Shown in pieces: positions 1 to 10,987 of a stretch of 44,222 bases of DNA. Position 1 is the first letter of the stretch. Each line of letters starts with the position of its first letter. The translations under genes and the position numbers were made by a program. The stretch is taken from assembly GCA_918797485.1 (NCBI GenBank), contig CAKKNE010000004.1, positions 5,270,001 to 5,314,222 of the forward strand, in the 5' to 3' direction. The notes under the pieces were generated by a model, which had not been told where the DNA came from, ran no database searches, and saw only the letters and a program-made list of their open reading frames with translations. This DNA is from Pelagomonas calceolata. Taxonomy: Eukaryota.

Positions 1-1339
1 TCGAGCTTCGTGAGCTGTATAATGTTCTCTGGGAGCGCTTTCAGCTGATTCCCGCGGGCCCTGCGCGGAAAGCGACCGGTCACGTCGCTTCACAAAGAAG
101 AGGGACGTACCTGAGACAGACCAGGTTACAAAACTGGCCGCAGATTTCGTCGGGCAGCGCCGCGAGCCCGGCCCGGTCGAGGTAGAGGCGCCGGAGGCGC
201 GCGGGGAACGCCAGAGCTTGCGGCGCAAAGGCCGCGAATGGCGCGTCGCACAAAGACAGCGCGCCGTGGTCCCGGGGCGCTCGCGCGCGGCCCTCGTCGG
301 CCGCGGCCCACCACGCGCGCTCGAGCGCCGTCCGCGGCGCGCTCCCTTCCGTCTTCGTCCACGGCTTCCGGTCGCCCGCGTACTGCACGACGACGGCGTC
401 GTCGGGCCACACTGCATTAAGGTCCCGCTCGCCCGGCCGCGGCCGCCAGTTGTACCGGAAGGGCAGGCGCTGCCCAGCGACGTCCTTCTCGAACCAGTCG
501 TCGAAGAACTCGTTCAGGAAGCCGCCGACGTCATTTGAGGGCGTCTTCGGCGCGAGCTTGAGCATGGCCTCGAGCGTATTTGACGAGGGCGTCAGGACCA
601 GGACGCCGCCGTCGAAGGTGTCCGGCGGGTAGAGCGCCGGCGCCGCCGCGAACGCGACGTCGCGGCACGTCGCGAAGAGCTGGTCCGCGCTCCCGACGAC
701 GAGGCAGTCCGCGTCCAGATACACAATCTTCCCGTAGTCTTCCAGGCCCCAGACCCGTAGCTTCGTCGACCGCACGTCACTCGCATCGCGGGGGTTCTCT
801 ATGTTCTCCACCTCGACGACGCGCGTCGCGCCGGCGCCCTTGAGCCGCTGGCGCGTCGCTGGCGTGACCGACCGCGCCACCATCGCCACGCGCGCCTTCT
901 TCGTGTGCTTGGCCAGCGACCGCAGCAGCGCCTCGGCGCCGGGGGCGTAGGCCTCGCTACCGAGGAACGTCGCGTAGGCGTCGGGCCGCGTCTCGGCGGG
1001 CGGCTCGTAGACGGGCCCGTCGTCGTTCGTGTACACCACCCCACCGTTCGCGCGGCACTCCGCCTCGACGCGCGCGCGCTGCGCGGCGGCGTCGCGGTCG
1101 ACGGGGATCTTCGTGCCGCCGTTCTTGGGCGGCGGCCGCGGCAGCTTTGAGGAGGGCGGCACCTTGACCGTCTTCGAGGGCTCGCAGAAGTCGTCGGCGG
1201 CGGCTTTCTCGGGCGGCCGCCGCTCGTTCTCCTCGTCGTCGACGGCGTTCGTCCAGGTGACGCTGCCGCGCGCCTCGCCGTGCGTTAAGGGCACGGCCTT
1301 GGGCGGCGCCGTGTCACTGAGCGGGCGGGCGCGCCACAT
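1..1339 (-). CDS. Glycosyltransferase family 8 (glycogenin-like) fused to C-terminal leucine-rich repeats; exons 1339-111 and 60-<1, 3' end outside the window
   Basis: GT8 motifs TKLRVWGLEDYGKIVYLDADCLVV (DxD) and QYAGDRKPW. A GT..AG intron at 110-61 (AG|GTACGT ... CGCAG) splices to give LRRLYLDRAGLAALPDEI..NLVCLRARGNQLKALPENIIQLTKLE, a canonical LRR. Confidence 0.8.
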
Positions 1340-1739
1340 TTGCTGGTTTGGGCAGCCTTGTTTTTGTTGAGTTATTGCTTGTTGTTGTTATGATGCTGCA
1401 AGCTTGTTGTGCTGTTGCTGTATGCAACGATGCTCCAATGCTGTGTGCTTGCGATTGGGGGCAGCCCAATGATGCGCGCAGACTTCGAAGGCTGCGGAGC
1501 TGAGACCCGCACGCGGCCTAAGCCGCGCTCCGGGTACCCTGTATTGAGTGCATGATTGCTCCACGCGTCGGCTGCGGCATGAGAATTCGCGTGTCATATC
1601 GTGCGGTGTGAAAGGTTGAGAGGCTCCACCATCACTTGGTGAAGCCGGCCAGCGCACACGCTCCAGCAATGATCACGACATAATATTAGCGCTGTATTAC
1701 ATACACCGTGCCAGGCAGTCGCAAAACAACATAAGAAGA

Positions 1740-4134
1740 ATGGCTCATCGATCAAAGGCAGTGAGAGCAGCATGTCCAGGCCTGAGAGCACGTCCAGCGG
1801 GCGTCGCGGCACGGAGGCCACGTGCGCCAGCGCTCGCGAGCGCCCGATCGTCGATCGGACTGGTCGCGTCGCTGTGCGCGCTGCTCCTGGCCACGGCGGG
1901 CGCCTACGCGCCGCGCCGGCCGTACCCGCGCGGCGTGCGGCGCCAGGTCCGGCGCGCGGCCGAGGCGCGGCCCGAGCGGTCGTGGACCGGCCGGCTGTGG
2001 CAGCCGATCCGGACGCTGTACAAGCGCGAGCAGCTGCTGGACGACTGGAGCGAGATGCAGGCGCCGCGGAGAACATCGCGCATCAAGAAGCTCGACCGCG
2101 GGGCGAACGCGACCTGGAGCGAGCGGGACCAGGACGCCGTGGCGCGCGCGGACATGCGCGCCGTCGACCGGGACTGGAAGCGGCTAGAAAAGGCCATCGC
2201 GTACCTCCCGAAGGACGAGCGCGCGGTCGTGCGGGACGCGCTGATCGTGGCCCACGGCGCGCACGCGGGCCAGAACCGGCGGAGCGGCGAGCCCTTCGTC
2301 AGCCACCCCGTGGCGGTGTCGATATTGTTGGCGGACCTGTCGATGGACCGGGACACGGTCGTCGCCGGGCTGCTGCACGACACGGTCGAGGACACGTTTT
2401 TGAGGTTTGAGGACGTGGAGCGGCGTTTTGGGCCGGATGTCCGGGCGCTCGTCGATGGCAGTGCATAAATCAATGTCGCGTCGCGTCGATGGCGCGGAGG
2501 CCAGCTCGATGGCGTGGCTATTCGGCCAGCACGGTCGCGTTCTCGCCGAGAAGAAACTCACTGGTCGATGCGCGCACAGGTCGAGGGCGAGACGAAGGTC
2601 TCAAAGCTGCCGAAGCTGGACGCGACGCTGGGCAGCGAGACGCCGGGCGGGCCAGGCCAAACAAAGGAATTGGAACAGCTTGAGAACCTGCGGCAGATGT
2701 TCGTCGCCATGACCGACGACTACCGCATCATCATCATCAAGCTCGCCGACCGCCTACACAACATGCGCACGCTCGAGCACATGCCGCGGCACAAGCAGCT
2801 GCGCATCTCGCGCGAGACGATCGAGATCTTCGCGCCGCTCGCGCATCGGTTGGGGATCTGGCAGTTCAAGGCCGAGCTCGAGGAGATCGCCTTCGGCTAC
2901 CTCTACCCGCGGCCGGCGGCGGCGCTCGCGGCGGCGCTCGAGGCGCGGCGGCCGCGCCACGCCGGCGCGCTCCGGGGCGTCACGGCCGCGCTCGAGCGGA
3001 AGCTCGCGGCCGACACCACGCTCGACCACGTCGGCGTGACCGTGTCGGGCCGCACGAAGGAGACGTATTCGCTGTGGCGCAAGCTCGAGAGCGACCGCGC
3101 GGCGCGGCGCGAGGACCTCGTGAGCGAGGTCTTCGGGTCCGACGCGCCGGCGCCGCTCGTCGACGACGAGAAGTTGTTCGCCGCGCGGGACTTGGATGAA
3201 GTGCCGGACGTGGTGGCCGTACGCGTCGTGCTGGACGTGCCCCGGGCGTCGGACCAAGAAACGCCCGAGGCCTGGCGCGAGCGCGGCGTCCAGCTGTGCT
3301 ACCACGTCTTGGGAGCGGTCCAGCACCTCGAGGACTGCGAGGCCGTGCCGCGCGTCAAGGACTACATCGCCTTCCCCAAGCCCAACGGCTACCAGTCGCT
3401 CCACGCCTCCGTGCTGCGCGAGCCCGAGGACCAGGTCGTCGAGATCCAGATCCGCACGCGCGGCATGCACGAGGTCGCCGAGTACGGCATGGCCGCGCAC
3501 TGGCTCTACAAGGACGGGTTGCTCGAGCCCGGCGGCGAGGACGCGACGCGGCGCGCGCTCTGCGCGTCGGCGTCCGCCGCCGCCGTCGCCGAGAAGCGGC
3601 CGCGCGCGTCGGCGAAGCCCTACGCGCTCGAGTGGCTCAACGCCATCAAGGACATGCAGGACATCCATAGTTCAAGGGAGTTCGTCGAGACGATCCGACG
3701 TCCGAGGCGGCGTCGAATTTCACTTTAACTCGGGTCCGTCTCCACGCCATCGATGCGAGTGAGCCGTTGATCCCGTCGCTGTCTACGCAGGAGAGGTCCT
3801 CGGCAAGCGCGTCTTCGTCTTCTTGAGGGACGGGCGCATCCTCGACCTGAGCAAGGGCGCGACGGTGCTCGACGCGGCCTTTAGCATACACACGGACGTG
3901 GGCCTCCACCTCGACCGGGCGCTCATCAACGGCCACGAGGTCCAGCTCAGCTACGAGCTCCACAACGGCGACGTCGTGTCGATCAAAACGTCGGAGGACG
4001 CGCGGCCGCAGCTCGACTGGCTCCGCATGGCGCAGCGCCGCTCGACGCGGTCCAAGCTCCGGGCCTACTTCAAGCGCGAGGGGTGCTTCGACACGGCGAC
4101 GACGGCGCCGGCGCCGGGTAAAGACATAGGATAG
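1740..4134 (+). CDS. RSH: Long RelA/SpoT homolog ((p)ppGpp hydrolase + synthetase + TGS), probably plastid-targeted; exons 1740-2450, 2580-3699, 3791-4134
   Basis: HD domain AHAGQNRRSGEPFVSHP / LLHDTVEDT / KLADRLHNMRTL. Synthetase KDYIAFPKPNGYQSLH, EIQIRT, AEYGMAAHWLYK. TGS VFVFLRDGRILDLSKGATVLDAAFSIHT. Two GT-AG introns restore VRAL|VEGETKVSKL and TIRR EVLGKRVFVF. Hydrophobic signal ends in AGAYAP. Confidence 0.93.
2451..2579 (+). mobile_element. Introner-like spliceosomal intron (RSH intron 1)
   Basis: The intron starts GTCGATGG and the next exon starts GTCGAGGG (8-bp target-site-duplication-like repeat, 1 mismatch). The inner element has imperfect inverted ends CAGTGCATAAATCAA ... TCGATGCGCGCACAG and supplies the 3' AG. 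Confidence 0.65.
3700..3790 (+). other. Spliceosomal intron (RSH intron 2), degenerate introner-like
   Basis: GT at 3700 and CTACGCAG ending at 3790 form a phase-1 junction that restores the frame. Inner ends CGGCGTCGAA / GTCTACGCAG are imperfect inverted repeats. Confidence 0.75.
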
Positions 4135-4137
4135 ACA

Positions 4138-4671
4138 TTACTCGCCGCCGAACAATCCGCGGTCGACGACGAGTGAGGCGACGACGTCGGCGAGTGGCCT
4201 CATGCCCGGTGCCACGGCGAGGTCGAGGGGGCCCTCCCTTAACTGGGACCCGTCGAGCGCCGGCACGTTCAGCGTACACAGCACGTCCGTCGCCTCGTCG
4301 GGAAACCGGAACGCGGCGATACCGACGTCGACGCTGTGCGCACCGTCGGTGCTCTCGGCCTTGGTCATTGTCATGTTGCCCAACGCGACGACGCAGACCG
4401 GAGCCGTCGGCGCGGAAACGCTTCCAGTAGCGACCACCGCGCGCGCGACGGCTGCCGCGGCGTCGGCCACGTCGTCGAAATGGTAGCGCGCGGCGCCGTC
4501 GTCGGCGACGTCGGCGCGCTCGACGATCTCAAACACCAGCGACGCGCCCGAACCGTCTTGCGCCATAAATACCTCTTGCGTGTCGGGTACGGGTCGCGAG
4601 TCCGACATGTCCGCCCAGCCCTGTGGGATTTGTGCCCGGCATGCGCCGCCGTAGAGCGGTCTGGATGCCAT
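4138..4671 (-). CDS. MOG1: Ran guanine-nucleotide release factor Mog1 (Mog1/PsbP-like fold)
   Basis: N-terminal signature MASRPLYGGA...IPQGWADMSDSRPVPDTQEVF...SLVFEIVE, followed by YHFDDVA and TDVLCTLNVP. ATG at 4671. Confidence 0.85.
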   Translation of the reverse strand: MASRPLYGGACRAQIPQGWADMSDSRPVPDTQEVFMAQDGSGASLVFEIVERADVADDGAARYHFDDVADAAAAVARAVVATGSVSAPTAPVCVVALGNMTMTKAESTDGAHSVDVGIAAFRFPDEATDVLCTLNVPALDGSQLREGPLDLAVAPGMRPLADVVASLVVDRGLFGGE

Positions 4672-6485
4672 TGCTGTGTTAGCGTAGCTCGTTGTAGCCC
4701 GTGTTTTCGCAAAGCTACGCTTTGTTTGCGCACCTGCAGCCTCCCCAGGGGCTAGACCACGACGCGGCCTTCTAGCCCGAGCGCTGCGACACGTCAACAG
4801 CACTTCAACAGATAGACAACAGCTACAACTAGACGTAACAGCTCCAGCAAGGGCAGTAAAGCCTGCAAAAAGTAAATGGCCGGCGCGCAGGCTAGCGGAG
4901 TGTAACACACTAGCAAGTCAAACTCGGAACGCGGCATGCAGCCGTTTGAGTACCGCTCAGTTCGCTACTGGTCCAAAGAGATCAATGGGACAAGTACTGG
5001 GGGCCGGAAAAGGAAATTTTTTTAATTCGCGACCGAGGGCGCCCTACGGTCTATGGCGGCCACGCCGGTTTAATCCTGTCAATCCCTGTCCAATAGGTGT
5101 CCCTGGGGTCGCCTAGGGTCGGTACTATACACGTGCGCGCGCCTACACCGCATACGCCGCCGCTTCAAGCATTTTTGGTCGATTTCTCTCAGCAGGCCAC
5201 AGAGGAGTAGCAACTTTTATGCCTTTGTTGCTTCCAGGGCTCTCCGAGAACACTTGGCTGCTGCATCGACGGCGTATGCGGCGCAGGCACTTACCCACTA
5301 CCAGACCTACCCCGTGAGGCCTCCAGGAGCCGATCTGCCACCACAAAAAGTAAATAATTTGGACCCGATGGCGCCCCGTTCCCGTCAAAAACGTCAATTA
5401 CCCGAGGGCCCCCAGTAGTCGCCGTAGCGGTCCCGTCGGACCCCATACTACCCCATCGATAGTCAATTACAAGTATATGACTTCTACACGACGAGAAGGA
5501 TACTTTTGGCTGCCCACGCTCGGGACATGAACATCTTTATCTGGACCTCGCGTAAGTCCGTCGATCATGGAACAAATGATTGCGCCAAGGTCCATGGTAA
5601 TGGTACACGCGCTGATGGCCGCAGGTCTGAGTCTGGAGCCAAATATAGCCAGATGGTGGGCTCGCGAGACCGACGACCCGCGCCGAGCATCTTGGGGTCT
5701 CGGAGCAATGTAGTACACAATCAAGCCGGTTAGATGGCCCGTCCTAGTACTAAATCGCCTGAAACGCACATTTATTTTATAACTCACCGATCTGGGGCCA
5801 ATTCAGTGCCCCGCGTACGCACCGTCGTCCGCGGAGAACGGGCAAGTCGGTCGATTGTGAATAGTTAAACGGCATTATGGTCTATTGGGGTAGTGTCATC
5901 GCTGATACTCGCGGATCTAGGCTAAGAGCTCATATTCACATAAACGTGGGGCTGCCGAATCGCCGTTTCGCGCGGCTCTAACGGGTCATCTAACATACCT
6001 CGGCCCGTGCCCATCCGGCCTAAATGTAATCTACCACCAACAAACAAAAGGAAACGAACATAAACTCGGGAGTTGTCTAGTAGAATTCTTCTCCCGCCCT
6101 CCGAGCGCGGGCCGTCGGCTCCGGTTCCGTCGAGTGTGTATGAAAACTAGGCTGGAGTTGATATGATGTACCATTTGGACGACAGAAGGCACCGCCAATC
6201 GCTGGTGTATTTTGGCGAGCCGCAAGACCTGGTGATCTAGCGTATCGACATACTAGGAATCCGTGTATATATATATATTTATGTATATATACATACATAT
6301 AGTCTGAATGTATACAGGCCTAGGCGGATGGCTCTTGAAAACAGACCTCTCCGACTGACCCCCGAATAGTGAAGTTCAGAGCTTATTCCCGCTCCAGATG
6401 GTCGTCGCTGATACTCGCAAGGTCCTTTTTATTTCCACGTCGAAGTATAACTTGACAAAAGTTACACACAAAGTTCGAGGAACAA

Positions 6486-9357
6486 CTAAAGTCCGTCCAT
6501 GGAGTCGCTGTCCGAGGCCTCTGGCAGGTCGGGGTCGGGTGCGGAGTCTTCGTCGGAGTCGCGGGCGGCGGACTCGTCGTCGTCGTCGTCGCCGCCGCCT
6601 GAGTCATCAACCGGCAGCGCGGCCTCGCGCGCCGCGGTCTTCGTCGCGTCGGCGATAATACACGCGGCCAGGCGCGCCGCGGCCGCGTCGGCGAACGCCG
6701 CGCTCGGGTCGAACGCCGCCGCGTCGTACAGGGCAGCCGATATGTCGGTCGCGTCCGCCTCCGCCAGGTCCGCGGCGCTCTCGAAGCCCACGTCGTGCAG
6801 CGCGCGGGCGCGCGCGCGGGTGATGTTGCCCGGACTCGCGCGCATGAGCCGGACGAGCTCGTCGGGCGCGCCTCGCGCGAGCAGGCCGCGCGCGCTCTTG
6901 CACGCGCGCGCGGCCTCAAGCCACGCGAGCTTCCGGCAAAAGTACTCGAGGCGCCGCGCCAGCGTGGCGGCGTCGCGCGAATAATTATCCACGTCGCCGC
7001 CCTCGCACTTGGTCAGCGACGCGTCCGGGCCGGCGTGTTCGCGGTAGCGGGCGGCGAACGCGGCGGCGAAGCTCGGCGTGCCGCTCGAAGTTTGATTTCT
7101 TCCCCACGTTCCGTCTTCTTGCTGGACTGGACCTTGATGATGCCCGGGGCCCAAACCGATGCGGTCGTGGAGCAGCAACGCGAGCGCGAACCGTCGACAG
7201 ACGCGGTCGGGCGTGCCCGGCACGTTTTTCGCCTCCGACTCCGCCGTCGCCGCTAAGCCTCGCGCGCGGCGCGCGACGTGCGCCTCGCAACCGCCGCATA
7301 GCTTGAAGACTTCGCGCGCGCCCTTGCCCGCGTCCTTGAGAGCGTCCCCGAACGCCGCCCAGTGCGCCCACCCCCCCAGCACGTTCTGCTGGAGCGGCGC
7401 CGTGAGGTAGAGCCGATGTAACAACGCGTACTCCGGAGCCACGCCGCCGTAGTCGACGCCGTGGCGGCAGCGCAGCGCGGCGGCGACCTCCAGGGCGTCC
7501 GCCGGTCCCAGCCCCGCGCCGACCGTCGCGGCGCCGAGCGGCGTCGGTTCCCAGGTATCATCCAACAAGACAGAGGGCGCTTCTCCCGGCGGATCTTTCC
7601 AATTCGCACCGCCCGGGCGCAGGAACCCGCGCGCGGCGAGCCACCGCAGGGGCAGTCCCGCGTCCAGCGCGCCGTCGAACGCCGCCATGACCTCGCGCCG
7701 CGCGATCAGCCCGCCCGAGACGGCCTCGAGGACGTGCCGTCTCAGTCCGTCGTCGTCGTTGCGGAGCCGGCTCAGGATCGGCGGCGCCGCCGCGCCCAGC
7801 AGCTTCTCGGCACCCACCGCGCCGCGCTCGCCGTTCCCGCCGGCGCACACGATCCACGCGTCCGGCGCCCGCTTGGTCCCAAACCCGGCGCGGCCTGCTC
7901 GTCCTATCATCTGGCGGAGCTCCGCGCCCGTCCGCCGCTGGCCGCCGCCCTTGACGACGACCCGTGCCACGGGCAGGTGCACGCCGACGGCCAGCGTCGT
8001 GGTGCAGCAGAGCACGTCGCAGTCCTTGCGCGCGAACGCGGCCTCGACCATTTCGCGCTCCGCGGCCGCGAGCCCCGCGTGGTGGAAAAGCACGCCGTGC
8101 CGGCAGCACGCGCGCAGGTCCGCGGCGTGCGCGGCGTCGGGCGGCGACGCGCTCCGGAGCCGCTCGGCCAGCGCGGCGCGGCACGCCGCCTTCTCTTGAT
8201 CTTGAGCGCCGCTCTCGCGCCAGCGCCGCTCGGCCAGCCGCACCGCCGCGGCGCGCGCGTCGGCCCGCGAAGCCACGAAGAGCATCACCGGCCCCGGCGG
8301 GTCGTCGAGGCACAGCTTATCCACGACGGCGTCGCCGACGTCGTAGTCCGCGGGCGCCATGACCGCCAGGCGGCGCTCGTCGACGCGCGCCCCGCCCTCG
8401 GCCCAGACGCGCGTCGCGACCTCCTCGGTTGGGGCCATCATTCGCCGCGGCATCGGCGGCGCGAGGGCCAGGTGGATGGCGACGGTCGTGGGGCACTCGG
8501 CCGTCTCGTAGAGGCCCGCGCCCAGCCACGCCGCCAGCGCCCCCAGGTTCGACGCCGTCGCCGTGCACGCGACCACGGGCGCGCCGACGCACGCCACCTT
8601 GCAGAGGAAGCTCTCGAGCGTCGCGCCGCGGTTCGTCCCCATCTCGTGGACCTCGTCGACGCACACGCACGCGAGCCGTTTCCGCGCCTGCGTATCGAAC
8701 GGTAACCCCTCTTCGAGCACGGGACGCCGGTCCGCGAACGAGCTCGACGCCGCCCTTCTCCAGCAGCGCCTGGAGGAACTGGGCCGCGCTTTCCCACGTG
8801 CACGCGGCGAGGTCGCACCGCGCGTCGTCGATCAGCGCGGGAGGCTTCCGCGCCTTCGACCCTTCGCGCGCGCGCCGCGCGTCCTCGGCCTCGCCGTGGC
8901 ACACGCGGACGCGCCAGCCGTACGACCCGTCGCCCGAGAAGTGGCGCGCCAGCTCGGCGGCCTTTTCGTCCGCGAGCGCGCGCTTCGGCACGACGAAGAG
9001 CGCGACGCGCGGCGTGTGGTCGTGGCGCCACAGCGCGCGCGCGAGCAGCGCCTCCGCGACCAGCGTCTTGCCGCCCGAGGCCGGCGCGCTGTAGACCAAG
9101 TTCTTGTGGGCCACGCCTTGCCGCAGCGCCTGCCACTGCCACGCGTACGGCCGGTCGCAGCCGAACCGCGCCGCGCAGCGCACGGCGTCGGGCAGGCCCA
9201 GCTTGTCGAACGCTACGGCCAGTGACGGCGTGTCCGCGGCGTCCTCGAGGATCGGTGCCGGCCGCGGCGTCGGTTTGAGGAACCGCTGCGGCTGGAGCTT
9301 GTTGCGTTCGCTCTCGCGCCGCTCCCGGAGGCCCCCCACTCTTGCTGGGGCGAGCAT
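6486..9357 (-). CDS. Ski2-like SF2 DNA helicase of the HELQ/POLQ(Hel308) group, no polymerase domain; exons 9357-8740 and 8687-6486
   Basis: Q motif YAWQ, Walker A KNLVYSAPASGGKTLVAE, DEVH, TAT, GVLFHHAGL, TTTLAVGVHLP, QMIGRAGRAG, and C-terminal HhH RARALHDVGF. A 52-bp GT-AG intron (8739-8688) joins the two ORFs in phase 0. Confidence 0.88.
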
Positions 9358-9476
9358 GCTCGCCTTGAGAGCAGCGATTCTGTTTCGTACCAGTTGTCAG
9401 GCACCTGCGTCGCTGCGTGCGCAGCGCGGCTTAATTCGAGCGGCTTCCTAGTGTGTCACTACGCTAGATAATGACT

Positions 9477-10604
9477 TTAGACCTGGCGCTGCGCGAGCGT
9501 GTGTTCACGTTCCGCGCGACGCCAGAGGTCGAGCTGCTCCGCGGCGGGGAGGCCGGCGATGACCTCCAAGAGGAGGTTGAGGAGTCGGCACTCCCGCGCC
9601 AGTCGGAGGTTCGACCCCGCCGGACGCGTGTCAAACTCCTCCACGACGGCGCCTCCGGCGATCCGGCGCTGGAACTCGCGCCAAAACGGCCCCTGGGGGT
9701 CGTCACGCGCTTGCAAATGCGCAAACGCGTCGACGATCGGGCGCAGGGCGGGAAGCGGCGGGTTCGTCGAAATAAGACGTTTGCGCTGTCCTTCGCCGTA
9801 CACCGTTCGCACAATGTTGACGAAGCCATCTGCCCTGAAACTTACAGGACAGAGCGCCCGAGCGAACGCGAACGCGCTGATGCCGACGTGGAAGTGGTCC
9901 AGCACGCGATCGCGGTTGATTACGACGACGCGCGGCCGCATTCGCGGCGGCCACTCGTGGACCGGAAACGTCCCGATCTTCGCATAAATACCGTCGTTGT
10001 CGCCCGTGCACGCGAAGCCACCGTCGCGCGCCACGATGGCCCCGCATTCCGCCTCCGCCGGAATTCCAATTGCGCGCACCACCTCGAGGCGACCGTAGCC
10101 ATCACCTTCCGGCAGCTGGATCTGCCTCAACGAGTCCTCGATGAGCTCGTTTGCACGGCGCTGATGCGCCCCAATCGGAATCGCCGCCCCAGTCGCGTCC
10201 TGCTGGTACGGCGTATCGCTCTCGATGACGACCGTCACGTTCGATCCGGTCAACATGAAGGCAACGGCCAACGTCGCCACGCGCGTCGCACCCTTGACCT
10301 GTGAGGGACGGACATTGAACGCATGCGAGAGAATCGGAGATCAGCTACCCGTGAGCCTCGCGCGTGTAAAGGACGCCGGGCGTCGCACAATATTGTGAAT
10401 GTCGCTTGGCGAATCGCCACGCATGGCCCAGAACGACGCGTCTACCGTGACGCTGGCTGAGCCTACCGCGGGCGAGCCGGCGAGCTTCTCCACGGCCGCA
10501 AAAAGTCGCGCGCCGTCGTCCCGCGCGTTCGGCGGGAGCACAACAATGGCTTTGGTCTTTTTGGGTACGCTACCGATGAGCTCGTTTTGCTCGCGGACGC
10601 CCAT
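9477..10604 (-). CDS. Divergent XPG/Rad2 (FEN1-like PIN-fold) nuclease-like protein; exons 10604-10389 and 10298-9477
   Basis: N-terminal MGV, VTVDASFW (XPG-N-like), VTVVIES, and PAEAECGAIVARDGGFACTGDNDG (XPG-I EAEAQCA...DSD-like). Intron ATT|GTGCGA ... CTCACAG|GTC is in phase 0. Confidence 0.55.
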
Positions 10605-10987
10605 CTCTCTTTTTTAACTTTGCGGAGTTGTGACAACTGGCGAGTGAAGATGCCAAGCAGAGAAGTCGCTTCTACTAATTGTAATAAAGCGCTAACAACC
10701 GTAAATCGCGCCCGGCGTATCCCAATGGTCCGCGTTTTATCTCAAGCAGCTAGCACAGTAAGACACTAGTACGGGTTGTGCAGCACGGCGCAGTGAAGTG
10801 CTAGCGTCCCCAAAACCGAGTAACTAGCTACCTATTGCGCAGTGAAGTGCCTTAACCGGTTTCTTGCGAAGTCACGCCTCGCTCGGCACCGCTCACCACT
10901 GCTGTGTAGCGCGCTGCTGCACACAGCCCTGCGGGCACTCACTGCGGGCGCCCCAGCCCACCGCACGCCATCGACGCGTGCTCCATT

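Noticed and set aside
1740..4134. RSH as a bacterial contaminant or frameshifted pseudogene
   Set aside because: Both frame breaks are resolved by GT-AG introns and a plastid-type presequence is present. Plastid RSHs are normal in algae.
5143..6298. Short ORFs in the lower-GC island
   Set aside because: They are short, lack the local codon bias and show no recognisable transposase or other motifs.
8688..8739. Apparent frameshift in the helicase
   Set aside because: Explained by a 52-bp GT-AG intron in phase 0.
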